A stretch of 64,000 nt of DNA from an uncultured Deefgea sp. GTDB lineage: Bacteria; Pseudomonadota; Gammaproteobacteria; Burkholderiales; Chitinibacteraceae. This document shows, in pieces, positions 1 through 10,893 of this stretch. The stretch's first letter is position 1. Each line of letters begins with the position of its first letter. Location: NCBI RefSeq assembly GCF_947072475.1, contig NZ_CAMTIA010000013.1, positions 4,553-68,552 of the forward strand. The letters are read 5' to 3'. The position numbers were made by a program, and so were the translations under genes. The notes under the pieces are model-generated. The model saw nothing but the letters and a program-made list of their open reading frames with translations. It had not been told where the DNA came from and did not search any database.

Positions 1-127
1 ATTGGTGACCGCGAGATTTTTGAAAGCGAACCCAGATGTCGGTTTGGATGTATTCAACCAAGTGACCAAGGTGAATCGCGCCATTGGCGTAAGGTAGGGC
101 AGAGGTAACGAGTATTTTGCGGGTCAT
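1..127 (-). CDS. metG: Methionyl-tRNA synthetase, N-terminal fragment (runs off the window start)
   Basis: Not in the ORF track. My translation from ATG at 127 gives [42 protein letters not shown], the MetRS N-terminus with the class I HIGH-type motif (HLGH). Confidence 0.95.
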   Translation of the reverse strand, partial: MTRKILVTSALPYANGAIHLGHLVEYIQTDIWVRFQKSRGHQ

Positions 128-253
128 GGTCGGCCAAAATATGCAAGAAAATGACCTTGATTATAACGCAGAGTCAGCAATGACGGTTTGACAGAAAAAT
201 AGAAAGGCCTCGACTATAGTATTTTCAATACCCATACAAAAACTTGTCAATCA

Positions 254-3200
254 ATGTCAACAATAAAGCAAAAAATTCAGCATTTGAATGATTTTCGCTT
301 ACTGGCGGTGGTGATCGTTGGTGTGGTGTTGTCGATTTTTGTTTGGCAATTTGCGGCGATTAAGCTTAAACAGCAGACCGATATTCAATTTGAGCGGCAA
401 TCTGAGCCCTTGGTCAACGCTTTAAAGTTGCGGGTACAAAGTTTGGCTTTGGGTCTGTATGGCGCGCGCACCGTGCCTTTAATGGCGCACGGGCAATTAA
501 AGCCACAGCATTTTAAGCAGTATGTGGCGCAATTAAATTTAGCCGATGTGTTTCCTGGTGCTTTGGGGGTTGGCTTTATTCGCCGCGTTGAGCCACAAGA
601 TGTGGCGGCTTTTGTGCGTGAGCAGCAGCACTACCGGCCTGAATTTCAGTTGCGCGCCAAAGGCCCGAATGCGGGGACAAAATACTTAATTCAATTTATT
701 GAGCCACTCAAAGGCAATGAGGTCGCGGTCGGCTTGGACATTGCTAGTGAGCCGATGCGTAAAGCGGCGGCGGTGAGCGCCATGCATTCAGCAGGGATGG
801 CGATGAGTGCGCCGATTCAACTGGTACAAGATGGCAAAAAGTCGCCAGGATTTTTGATTTTGCTGCCCTATTATTTGCTACCGAATGCGGGGGATGAAAA
901 CCCATCGGCCAAACTTCGTGCTGAATCACTCCTCGGCTGGGTGTATGCGCCGGTGCTGATGTCTAAGTTGGTGGCGGGTTTAAATGATTATCAGAAAAAA
1001 ACCATCGATTTTGAGGTGTACTCGGGCAAAGTGCTCAAGCCGGAGTTTTTATTGTATGACGACGATTCACACTATGTGCTAGGTGCCAGTCATCCCGAGT
1101 ATCGTAATCTGCGGCGACAAGTCGAGCTAGAACTCGGTGGCCAGACGTGGACGGTGGTGCTGAGCTCAAACGATAGCTTTGCTGCACGCTTAGAGAGCTG
1201 GTTACCCTTGGGATTATTGCTATTTGGTCTGTCTATTACCGCGTTGATTGCCGCTACTTTGCTCAATGCCGCTAGGTTAAAAGAGAAGGCGCAGTCATTG
1301 GCTGAGGCGATGTCTTTGCATGCGCGCCAGCGTGAAATTCAACTTGATGCGGTGATTGATAGTACGCCCGATGTGATTGTGACCGCCGATCTGCAAGGGA
1401 CGATTTTGGGGGTGAATCGTTCGGTCACATCGATGTTTGGTTTTGCTGTGGATGAGGTGCTGGGAAAAAACATTAAAATCTTTATGCCGGAAGAATTGGC
1501 GCGCAAGCATGACGATTATGTGGCGCAATATCGCTATCAAAATGGCGCTTCGATCATGGGCAAGGGTCGTGAATTGTGGGCCAAGCACTTCGATGGCCAT
1601 TTAATTCCCATCGAGGTGAATTTGAATCAATTTCATATTGATGAGGCTACTTTTTTGGTGGCGCAAATTCGAGATATCAGTGTGCGTTTAGCGAGTGAGC
1701 AAGCATTGCGCGCCAATCAGCGGCAGTTGTCGATGATTGTTGAGGCATCAGGCTTGGGGATTTGGGATTTAGATTTACGTACCGGGGAGTCATTTTTTGG
1801 GGGTATGTGGGGCGAGATGTTGGGTTTTGTCACTCAGGAGCTGATACCCAGCGTAGAAACTTGGAGAAGCTTATTACACCCCGATGATTTGCCCTTGGCC
1901 GAAGCTTCTTTGACCGCCCATTTGGCTGGGCATTCGGCGATCCATAGCTGTGAATTAAGAATGAAAACCGCGCAAGGTCTGTGGCGGTGGGTGCATGCGA
2001 TTGGGCGGGTGTATGAGCGTGACGCGCAAGGTGCGCCGATTAAAATCGCCGGGATTCATCTGGATATTGATGCGCGTAAGTACAATGAATTAATGCTCAT
2101 TGAGCAAGATACCGCGTTAACCCATTTGCAGCAGCAATTACGCAGTGTGGTGAATTCGGCTACCGAAATTTGTATTATCGCGACCGATATTGCCGGAGAA
2201 ATTCAGCTGTTTAATGTCGGTGCCGAAAAAATGCTCGGTTATTCTGCCGACGCAGTGATTGGCGTTTTAACCCCAGAAGCCTTTCATGATCCCTCTGAGT
2301 TGGCGAGCCGCGCGCAATCTATTGCGGCCCAAACTGGCGTGTGTGTGAGTGGGTTTGAAGTGCTGGTGTCTATGGCAAAACAAGGGGGCAGCGACACCCA
2401 TGAGTGGACGTATATTTGCCAAGATGGCTCACGTCTGACTGTCAATCTAATTGTGACTGCGCGCTACGATGATGCGGGTCAATTGATTGGTTATTTAGGC
2501 GTTGCCACCGATGTGACCGAGCAAAAACATATTAATGCTGCTTTAGAGTTGGCGATTGATCAGGCTGTGGCGGCGAGTCAGGCGAAAAGTGATTTCTTGG
2601 CCAATATGAGTCATGAAATTCGCACGCCGATGAATGCGGTGATTGGTTTTTCGACCTTGCTCGCCGATACGCCGTTGAATGCGGTGCAACTGGAGTTTGT
2701 TGGCGCGATTCAGCAATCAGGCGATGCTTTACTGAGTTTGATTAATGATATTTTAGATTTTTCTAAGATTGAAGCGGGGCATTTACAGCTTGAGCATATT
2801 GAATTTGATGTGCGCTATTTGCTAGAAGGGGCATTAGATATTGTGGCGGAGAAAGCCGCCAAGCAGGCGCTTGATTTGGCCTGTATTACCAGCCCGAATG
2901 TGCCTTTGCGGCTGATTGGCGACCCAAGTCGTTTGCGGCAGGTGGTGCTTAATTTACTCAATAACGCGATTAAATTTACGGCGCAAGGCGAGGTGGTGGC
3001 GCTGCCAGGTTCAAATGATGAGCGCTGTGTATTGCGTTTTAGCGTTAAAGACACCGGCATTGGCATGAGCGAGTCGGCGCAAATATCGTTGTTTAAGCCA
3101 TTTTGTCAAGCCGATGCATCGACCACGCGCCGCTTTGGCGGTACGGGCTTGGGCTTGTCAATTTGTAAGCGCTTAATCGAAGCCATGGCCGGTGCAGTGG

Positions 3201-4522
3201 GCGTGGTTAGCGTTTTGGGTGAAGGGTCGGAGTTTTGGTTTGAGGTGACGTTGGCGGTTGCCAAAGTCGAAGCGCCGCCGCCTGAGGTTGAGCTGGCCTT
3301 GCAAGGTCTGCGCGTGCTGGTGGTGGATGATTTTGCGGCCAATCGTGAGCTGATTACTTTGCAGTTAACGTCTTTTGGTATGCTGCCGGCGTGTTTTCAT
3401 TCGCCGCATGAGGCGCTGGCTGTTTTGGCGCAAGCGCCAGCGCATTTTTCATTGGCTTTGGTTGATTTACAGTTGCCTGATCTGGATGGTTTGCAATTGG
3501 CGCGGCAAATTCAGGCTATGGTGGGTGAAACGCCATTGCCTTTGGTGTTGCTGACTTCGATGGCGGTGCCTGGGCTTGCCGCAGAAGCCAAAGCGGCTGG
3601 GTATTCTGCTTTTTTAACTAAGCCCGTCCGACAAACGCAGTTGCTCCATGTTATTGAAGAGGCCTTGAAAATGCGGCAATTTCCACGTGGAGCGCAGCAT
3701 CTGGTGACGGCGCATCATTTGGCCGAGCAAATCGCAGCAAGTAAACCGTATTTATTATTGGCTGAAGATAACCCCATCAATCAGAAGGTGGCGGTATTGA
3801 TGTTGGAAAAATTTGGCTGTCGGGTCGACGTGGTTGAAAACGGCGCATTGGCGGTCGCAGCCGTTGAGCAGCGCCGTTATGATATGGTGTTGATGGATTG
3901 CCAAATGCCCGAAATGGATGGTTTTGTGGCCACACAAACGATTCGTGCATTGCCGCCCGAGCAGGCGGGTGTTTATATTGTCGCCTTAACCGCGAATGCA
4001 TTTCAATCGGATGTCGATCATTGTTATGCAGTGGGGATGGATGATTTTGTCGCCAAGCCGATTCATATGGCCGAGATTTCACTGGCACTACAGCGTGGTT
4101 TGGCCAAGTCAGGGCGCTTGGCGCACTTGGCACCGCAGCCACAAGCGTTGGAGGACGAGATGGATGTTGGTATTAGTTTAGAGTTACAGCAAGAGTTGTT
4201 AGATATTGATCGCATGTTTGATGAGCTTAAGCAAGCGGTTGGTATGGATATGAAAGAAGAGCTGTTGGCTTTGTTTTTTCCGACTTTGGATGAATGTGTC
4301 ACCGGTTTAACGCCCGCAATAACCGCCGGCGACGCAGCGCAAGTGATTGGCTTTGCGCATAAGTTGAAAGGCGCTGCGGCGCAATTGGGGGCGGCAAAAA
4401 TGGCGGTGTATTGCAAGGCCATTGAGCAGGCCGCCAAAAACAATGATTTTGAATCGGCAATGGCGCAATTTGCCTTGGTGCAGTCTTTGGCTGTCGGTTT
4501 ATCGCAGCAATTGCGCGTTTAA
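254..4522 (+). CDS. Membrane hybrid sensor histidine kinase: CHASE - 3 PAS - HisKA - HATPase - REC - REC - HPt
   Basis: Two TM segments flank a CHASE-like region (GLDIASEPMR, SAPIQLVQ). Three PAS-like repeats; H-box FLANMSHEIRTPMNAVIG; N/G boxes NLLNNAIKFT, DTGIGM, GGTGLGL; two receivers (LVVDD..LVDLQLP..KP; LLAEDN..LMDCQMP..KP); HPt AHKLKGAA. Confidence 0.93.
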   Translation: MSTIKQKIQHLNDFRLLAVVIVGVVLSIFVWQFAAIKLKQQTDIQFERQSEPLVNALKLRVQSLALGLYGARTVPLMAHGQLKPQHFKQYVAQLNLADVFPGALGVGFIRRVEPQDVAAFVREQQHYRPEFQLRAKGPNAGTKYLIQFIEPLKGNEVAVGLDIASEPMRKAAAVSAMHSAGMAMSAPIQLVQDGKKSPGFLILLPYYLLPNAGDENPSAKLRAESLLGWVYAPVLMSKLVAGLNDYQKKTIDFEVYSGKVLKPEFLLYDDDSHYVLGASHPEYRNLRRQVELELGGQTWTVVLSSNDSFAARLESWLPLGLLLFGLSITALIAATLLNAARLKEKAQSLAEAMSLHARQREIQLDAVIDSTPDVIVTADLQGTILGVNRSVTSMFGFAVDEVLGKNIKIFMPEELARKHDDYVAQYRYQNGASIMGKGRELWAKHFDGHLIPIEVNLNQFHIDEATFLVAQIRDISVRLASEQALRANQRQLSMIVEASGLGIWDLDLRTGESFFGGMWGEMLGFVTQELIPSVETWRSLLHPDDLPLAEASLTAHLAGHSAIHSCELRMKTAQGLWRWVHAIGRVYERDAQGAPIKIAGIHLDIDARKYNELMLIEQDTALTHLQQQLRSVVNSATEICIIATDIAGEIQLFNVGAEKMLGYSADAVIGVLTPEAFHDPSELASRAQSIAAQTGVCVSGFEVLVSMAKQGGSDTHEWTYICQDGSRLTVNLIVTARYDDAGQLIGYLGVATDVTEQKHINAALELAIDQAVAASQAKSDFLANMSHEIRTPMNAVIGFSTLLADTPLNAVQLEFVGAIQQSGDALLSLINDILDFSKIEAGHLQLEHIEFDVRYLLEGALDIVAEKAAKQALDLACITSPNVPLRLIGDPSRLRQVVLNLLNNAIKFTAQGEVVALPGSNDERCVLRFSVKDTGIGMSESAQISLFKPFCQADASTTRRFGGTGLGLSICKRLIEAMAGAVGVVSVLGEGSEFWFEVTLAVAKVEAPPPEVELALQGLRVLVVDDFAANRELITLQLTSFGMLPACFHSPHEALAVLAQAPAHFSLALVDLQLPDLDGLQLARQIQAMVGETPLPLVLLTSMAVPGLAAEAKAAGYSAFLTKPVRQTQLLHVIEEALKMRQFPRGAQHLVTAHHLAEQIAASKPYLLLAEDNPINQKVAVLMLEKFGCRVDVVENGALAVAAVEQRRYDMVLMDCQMPEMDGFVATQTIRALPPEQAGVYIVALTANAFQSDVDHCYAVGMDDFVAKPIHMAEISLALQRGLAKSGRLAHLAPQPQALEDEMDVGISLELQQELLDIDRMFDELKQAVGMDMKEELLALFFPTLDECVTGLTPAITAGDAAQVIGFAHKLKGAAAQLGAAKMAVYCKAIEQAAKNNDFESAMAQFALVQSLAVGLSQQLRV

Positions 4523-4597
4523 GTGCGGGTGAGATGCGTGTTTTGCTCGACCCACGAAATGATAGGCTCAATGGCCATTAAGTAGGAATGAATCAAT

Positions 4598-5248
4598 ATG
4601 TTGCCAGATGTTGCGCAATTACCGCACTGGCTGAGTCAGCAGTTAGCAAGCTCGTCACGGGTCAGTGGTTATGACTACCAGCATCACTCTAGGCGAACGG
4701 CCGCCGTGTTGATTCCGATTGTGTTGCATCCTGATGGTGCCACTGTGTTGCTCACCGTCAGGGCCGATCATTTATCGCAACACGCTGGACAAGTGAGTTT
4801 TCCGGGCGGCGCGACAGAAGTGAGCGACCCAGATCCTGTAGCGACGGCATTGCGTGAAACCGCCGAAGAAATTGGTTTGCCGTGTGATCAGGTGCAGGTG
4901 CTCGCTTGTTTGGGGGAGTACCACACCATTAGTGGCTATTGCGTCACACCGGTAGTGGGGATTTTGCAGCCTGGCTTCTCACTTCGGGTTGACCCCAATG
5001 AAGTGGCAGACGTTTTTGAGTTGCCCTTGGTCACGTTGCTGAATCGCTCTTTGTATGAAAAGCGTTGGGTGAATCGACAAGGTGTGCGTGGTGCGACACA
5101 TTTTTTAGAAGTGAATCAGCGGGTGGTTTGGGGGGCTACTGCAGGTATATTGCTCAACTTCGCGCTAGAGTTGATGTTGGAAGGCATACCTAGGGATATG
5201 ACGCTGGAGTTGGATGACCAATGCCGCTCGTCATCTGGTTTGCGCTAG
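4598..5248 (+). CDS. Nudix hydrolase, CoA pyrophosphatase (NudL/PCD1-like)
   Basis: AAVLIPI..LLTVRA.HL..HAGQVSFPGG followed by the Nudix box ALRETAEEIGL; C-terminal VWGATAGIL. Confidence 0.88.
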   Translation: MLPDVAQLPHWLSQQLASSSRVSGYDYQHHSRRTAAVLIPIVLHPDGATVLLTVRADHLSQHAGQVSFPGGATEVSDPDPVATALRETAEEIGLPCDQVQVLACLGEYHTISGYCVTPVVGILQPGFSLRVDPNEVADVFELPLVTLLNRSLYEKRWVNRQGVRGATHFLEVNQRVVWGATAGILLNFALELMLEGIPRDMTLELDDQCRSSSGLR

Positions 5249-5408
5249 CTCGCCTGACGGGGTGCGTTTGGGCGTAAGGCGGGCACGGCTTGGGCTGAAC
5301 ATTCGCGTGAGCACTCAAATTAGTTTGCCGCTAATCAGTATTTTTCCAATAAAAATCAGCTTTACTCGCCAAAGTCATTGACGAGTTCACAGTTTTTTCA
5401 TTAAGGCG

Positions 5409-5417
5409 TGATACAAT
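5409..5417 (+). promoter_or_regulatory. Candidate extended -10 promoter (TGnTACAAT) of typA
   Basis: TGATACAAT 33 nt upstream of the typA ATG; no good -35 at 17 bp spacing. Confidence 0.45.
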
Positions 5418-5450
5418 CCGCCACTTTCGCAAATAGCCCACAGTCCAAAC

Positions 5451-7259
5451 ATGACCCGTGCACTTCGTAACGTCGCCATTATCGCTCACGTCGATCATGG
5501 TAAAACCACGCTGGTAGACCAGCTTTTACAACAAGCCGGTACTTTCCGCGCCAACCAAGCTATCGTTGAGCGCGTAATGGATTCCAACGATCTTGAAAAA
5601 GAACGTGGTATTACCATTCTGGCTAAAAACACTGCCATCGAATACGAAGGCACGCACATCAACATCGTTGACACCCCAGGTCACGCGGACTTCGGTGGTG
5701 AAGTTGAACGTGTATTGGGTATGGTTGACGGTGTATTGCTGCTGGTTGATGCCGTTGAAGGCCCAATGCCACAAACGCGTTTCGTGACCAAAAAAGCCTT
5801 GGCTTTGGGTCTGAAACCGATTGTTGTGATCAACAAAATCGACCGTCCGGGCGCACGTCCAGAATGGGTTCACGATCAAATCTTTGATTTGTTCGATAAA
5901 CTCGGCGCCACTGACGAACAACTCGATTTTAAAATGATTTTCGCTTCAGGTTTGAATGGCTTTGCCAAACTCACTTTGGAAGAAGAGTCTGACAATATGC
6001 GTCCTTTATTGGATCTATTGTTGGCGACTGTACCTAGCCCGCCGGGCGATCCTGAAGCGCCGTTGCAATTGCAAATTTCTGCGCTAGATTATTCAACTTA
6101 CACTGGTCGTCTAGGCGTAGGTAAAGTATTGAATGGTCGTATCAAGCCAGGTCAATCGGTTGTGGTTATGAATCATGGCGACCAAGTTTCGACTGGCCGT
6201 ATCAATCAAGTTTTGGGCTTTAAAGGCCTCGAGCGCGTACCAGTTGAAGAAGCTGAAGCCGGCGATATCATCATTATTTCTGGTTTGGATGAAATCGGTA
6301 TCGGTGTGACCATCTGCGATAAAGACGCGCCTGTTGGTTTGCCAGTACTTGGCGTTGATGAACCAACGTTGACGATGGACTTTATGGTGAATACTTCACC
6401 ACTCGCTGGTACTGAAGGCAAGTTTGTAACTAGCCGTCAAATCCGCGAACGTCTAGTTAAAGAATTGCTGGTTAACGTGGCACTCCGCGTTGAAGATACT
6501 GAAAACACAGATATTTTCCGTGTATCAGGTCGTGGCGAATTGCATTTGACGATTTTGCTAGAAACCATGCGCCGTGAAGGATTCGAGTTGGCCGTGGCTA
6601 AACCACGCGTGGTGTTTAAAGACATCGACGGCGTGAAATGCGAGCCGTACGAAAATCTGACCATCGACTTGGAAGACGAGCACCAAGGTGGCGTGATGGA
6701 AGAAATCGGTCGTCGTCGTGGCGAGTTGACCAATATGGAATCAGATGGCCAAGGCCGTACTCGTTTGGAATATCATGTTCCTGCGCGTGGCTTGATCGGT
6801 TTCCAAGGTGACTTCATGACCTTGACTCGCGGTACTGGCTTGATGAGCCACGTATTTGACGATTACGCACCGACTAAAGCTGAAATGCCAGGTCGTCACA
6901 ACGGTGTGTTGATTTCTCAAGACAATGGCGAAGCAGTGGCTTATGCGCTGTGGAAACTAGAAGATCGCGGTCGTATGTTCGTAGTGCCGGGCGACAAACT
7001 ATACGAAGGTATGGTCATCGGTATTCACAGTCGTGATAACGATTTGGTTGTTAACCCGATCAAAGGTAAACAACTGACTAACGTGCGTACTTCAGGTACT
7101 GACGAAGCAGTTCGTTTGACGACTGCAATCAAAATGACACTTGAGTCTGCGGTTGAGTTTATTGATGATGATGAATTGGTTGAAATTACACCAAAAACCA
7201 TCCGTATCCGTAAACGCTTCTTGACTGATAACGAACGTCGTCGCAATAAAACTGCTTAA
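5451..7259 (+). CDS. typA: Translational GTPase TypA/BipA
   Basis: [43 protein letters not shown]; C-terminal [14 protein letters not shown]. Confidence 0.98.
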   Translation: MTRALRNVAIIAHVDHGKTTLVDQLLQQAGTFRANQAIVERVMDSNDLEKERGITILAKNTAIEYEGTHINIVDTPGHADFGGEVERVLGMVDGVLLLVDAVEGPMPQTRFVTKKALALGLKPIVVINKIDRPGARPEWVHDQIFDLFDKLGATDEQLDFKMIFASGLNGFAKLTLEEESDNMRPLLDLLLATVPSPPGDPEAPLQLQISALDYSTYTGRLGVGKVLNGRIKPGQSVVVMNHGDQVSTGRINQVLGFKGLERVPVEEAEAGDIIIISGLDEIGIGVTICDKDAPVGLPVLGVDEPTLTMDFMVNTSPLAGTEGKFVTSRQIRERLVKELLVNVALRVEDTENTDIFRVSGRGELHLTILLETMRREGFELAVAKPRVVFKDIDGVKCEPYENLTIDLEDEHQGGVMEEIGRRRGELTNMESDGQGRTRLEYHVPARGLIGFQGDFMTLTRGTGLMSHVFDDYAPTKAEMPGRHNGVLISQDNGEAVAYALWKLEDRGRMFVVPGDKLYEGMVIGIHSRDNDLVVNPIKGKQLTNVRTSGTDEAVRLTTAIKMTLESAVEFIDDDELVEITPKTIRIRKRFLTDNERRRNKTA

Positions 7260-7276
7260 TTGCGGGTTTGTTAGGT

Positions 7277-7307
7277 AAAACGCCAATCTTTTGATTGGCG
7301 TTTTTTT
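7277..7307 (+). terminator. Intrinsic terminator after typA (bidirectional shape)
   Basis: AAAACGCCAATC-tttt-GATTGGCGTTTT followed by more T (T7 in total). Confidence 0.85.
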
Positions 7308-7369
7308 GCGTCCGGTGTTTGCTTGGTGGCGGATTTCGACATGGCTGGGTCATGAGTTGATGGGGGCGT

Positions 7370-7403
7370 AAAAAAACGCCATCCAGAAGAATGGCGTTTT
7401 TTT
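7370..7403 (-). terminator. Intrinsic terminator after trxB (bidirectional shape)
   Basis: AAAAAAACGCCAT-ccagaaga-ATGGCGTTTTTTT between the convergent typA and trxB. Confidence 0.85.
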
Positions 7404-7458
7404 GGGTGTATTGCTATCGGCATTAGCCATCAACGCTGACGGCTAAATACCCGCTATT

Positions 7459-8472
<1,014 letters not shown>

Positions 8473-8637
8473 TTAAGAAAGCTTCTAATCTAGCTTTTAA
8501 ATCGGTGTCATAGTGTAAGACTTGTTTTTAATGTTGGGGGCGATGCTGGGTAATATCAAGTGTTGCTGTCGCTAAGGTTAATGGCTGGGTCAGAGGATAA
8601 AATTGTTTACAATTGCGATTCAATGTTTTGATGCGGT

Positions 8638-9360
8638 ATGGATCATGCAAAAAAGGAAGGCACGTTGCTGATCATCTTGAGGCGTTTTTTAGGTCATTTT
8701 CGAGCTTTGGCGCGCCCGCCTGTGAGGCGGGTGTTGTTAAAACAAATTTATTTCACCGCCAATGAGGCGGTCTGGTTGGTGGCGATTACTGGTTTTGCTT
8801 TGGGTGCGACGGTCGTGGTGCAGTTGCATGAAGAGTATGGGCAAAGTCGCGATGCGGCGTTGCGGCTTTTAGGGTCTTTGAGCTTTGTTGAGTTATCGCC
8901 CTTATTGGCGTGCTTGATGATGGTGGCGCGCTCGGCGTCAGCGATGGCCATTGAGTTGGCTTCGATGCGGATTTCGGGTGAGGTTGCCGCATTGCGGCGC
9001 ATGGGGATTTCCATTGAGTCTTATTTATTGCTACCGCGTGTGCTGGGTATGACCGTGGCGGCGGTGGTTTTGGCAGGGGTGATGGCGCTCACGTCGGTGT
9101 TGGGTGGCGTATTATTTGCCACCGGTTGGGATGCCAGTTATCAAATTTTTGCTTTGGAGCGCATGCTGCGCTGGCATGAAGTGTTGATTTGCTTATTTAA
9201 AGCCGCGAGCTTTGGTTTGGTGGCCGGCGTGGTGTCGATTTATGCTGGGTTTTCGGTGCCGCTGCAGGTGTCTGAAATTCCCAAAGCCGCATCGCGGGCG
9301 GTGTTGCGAGGGTTGCTAGCGCTGTTTGTGTTGGATTTTTGTTGGGCACTGGTGTTATGA
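8638..9360 (+). CDS. MlaE-family ABC permease
   Basis: VLLKQIYFT, ELSPLLACLMMVARSASAMAIELASMRISGEVAAL..MGI...YLLLPRV and final AASRAV match the MlaE (DUF140) pattern. Confidence 0.85.
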   Translation: MDHAKKEGTLLIILRRFLGHFRALARPPVRRVLLKQIYFTANEAVWLVAITGFALGATVVVQLHEEYGQSRDAALRLLGSLSFVELSPLLACLMMVARSASAMAIELASMRISGEVAALRRMGISIESYLLLPRVLGMTVAAVVLAGVMALTSVLGGVLFATGWDASYQIFALERMLRWHEVLICLFKAASFGLVAGVVSIYAGFSVPLQVSEIPKAASRAVLRGLLALFVLDFCWALVL

Positions 9361-9923
9361 CGCAAAGTGTTTTGAATGTTGATTTAAGCCTCGCATCCGG
9401 GCAGTTTTGGCTGAAGTTGGCTGAGCGTGACGATTTTTCCTGGTGGATTGATCGTATCTCAGCGGATTTAAATCGTTCGGCTTTGAGTGCGTGTGGGGTT
9501 TTGGAGGCGAGGCCGGTTTTAATTAGTAATTTGCGAGTGTGGGAAAACATCGTTTTGCCGTGTTGGTATCATGGTGCCGGCGATTTGTCGGGTGCCGAGT
9601 TGGCGTTGCAGGCTATTTTACAGCGGGCGGGTTTAGATGTTGCCACGCAGTCGGCGATGCTGGCGATGCTGCCTGATCGATTGGATCTCATGCAGCGCAG
9701 ACTGGTGGCTTTGCTGCGTTTGGCTTTGCAGGGTGCGCCAATTTGGCTGGTTGAGCAAGAATGGTGGGCGTGGTGGCATGATCCGCATTGTGCTGACTGG
9801 CCTTTGGTGAAGATCTTTTTGCAGCTGCCTTTGCCTCAGGTGCTGCTGGTGATCTCAACACAGAGCGCGCCTGCGGGGTTTGAGTGCGTTACCTTGGTAA
9901 AGAGTCGGGATAATGAAGAATAA
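9357..9923 (+). CDS. Degenerate MlaF-like ABC ATPase (probable pseudo-ATPase)
   Basis: ATG at 9357 overlaps the permease stop (ATGA). Retains the LISNLRVWENIVLP segment and LPDRLDLMQRRLVALLR..A..IWLVEQ spacing, but has no GxxGxGK(S/T), LSGGQ or Walker B DE. Confidence 0.7.
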   Translation: MTQSVLNVDLSLASGQFWLKLAERDDFSWWIDRISADLNRSALSACGVLEARPVLISNLRVWENIVLPCWYHGAGDLSGAELALQAILQRAGLDVATQSAMLAMLPDRLDLMQRRLVALLRLALQGAPIWLVEQEWWAWWHDPHCADWPLVKIFLQLPLPQVLLVISTQSAPAGFECVTLVKSRDNEE

Positions 9924-10893
9924 AGTTCAGTTGTTAAAGGATTGCGATCCGCGGTTTCGTTGGCTAACTTGGCGGGTGTTGTTGTTGGCAACTTGGGTTT
10001 TTGTGGCTTTTGCCGTGCTGTTGATGGTTTTGGGGCAGCGGCAAGGCTTTTTTAGTAGCAAGGAAAAAGTGCATTTTGTGGCCGAAAATGGCAGTGGATT
10101 GACGCCGGGTATGCAGGTGCGATTGTCTGGGTTTCGTATTGGGGTGACTGATAAGGTGAGCTTGAATGAGCAGGCAAAGGTGGATGTTACTTTATTGATT
10201 GAGCAGCAATATATGCAATGGGTGAAGGCCGATTCAATCGCTATTTTGCAGCAAGAGGGTTTGATTGGGGATCACTACATCGAAATTGCTGGTGGTTCAG
10301 TAGCGGCACCTCGTTTGGTTGAGGGTGGCGTATTGGTGTTTGCGCCGGCGCTGGGTATTGCTGATATTGCGCAAAATTTAAGCAATCGGACTTTGCCGAT
10401 GATTGACTCGATGCAGCAAACATTTGATTACCTGAATGACCCTAAGGGGGATATTCGTTTGGCGCTGGCCAATGTGCGGCAGCTGAGTGTTGAAATGCGT
10501 GAAACGCGTCAACGGCTCGATCAATTATTAACTCGAGTTGATGGCGTGGTGGATGTTGAAGCACGCAATACCTTAAACAGTGCGGATCGCTTGTTGACGC
10601 GGGTGGATGGGGTGGCTGCAGAGTTAAATACGAAATTGTCGCCCGTGCTGATCGGGGCGGCGTCGATTGTGGTGAGTGTTGATGCTGCGGCCAAAGATGC
10701 GAGTGCGACGGCCGCTGTAGTGCGTCAGGCGGTTGAGCTGTCTGCGCCCAGTTTGCCTAGCTTGGTGCGTCATTCCGATGAGTTGCTGTATGGTGGTCGG
10801 CAAACTTTGGATGCGGTGAATCAAAGTTGGCCAATCAATACCATGCTAGCGCCTTTGCCACTGCAGGCGCCTGTACCGGAGAGTCGGCGATGA
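9913..10893 (+). CDS. MlaD/MCE-domain protein with long C-terminal helical extension
   Basis: N-terminal TM; MCE motif GLTPGMQVRLSGFRIGV.V..V; SIAILQQEGLIGDHYIEI..GS; then about 190 residues of helical, Ala/Leu-rich sequence. Confidence 0.88.
   Translation: MKNKVQLLKDCDPRFRWLTWRVLLLATWVFVAFAVLLMVLGQRQGFFSSKEKVHFVAENGSGLTPGMQVRLSGFRIGVTDKVSLNEQAKVDVTLLIEQQYMQWVKADSIAILQQEGLIGDHYIEIAGGSVAAPRLVEGGVLVFAPALGIADIAQNLSNRTLPMIDSMQQTFDYLNDPKGDIRLALANVRQLSVEMRETRQRLDQLLTRVDGVVDVEARNTLNSADRLLTRVDGVAAELNTKLSPVLIGAASIVVSVDAAAKDASATAAVVRQAVELSAPSLPSLVRHSDELLYGGRQTLDAVNQSWPINTMLAPLPLQAPVPESRR

Noticed and set aside
188-220. TTGACA...TATAGT promoter for the hybrid kinase
   Set aside because: Spacer is 21 nt, too long for sigma70.
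2985-3045. Apparently short beta-strand after GEVV in the kinase HATPase domain
   Set aside because: At most a few residues shorter than typical, in frame, with N, G1 and G2 boxes intact; within normal variation.
7277-7403. Neisseria-type DNA uptake sequence terminators
   Set aside because: The arms do not match GCCGTCTGAA, and I did not notice that motif repeated in the window (read by eye only).
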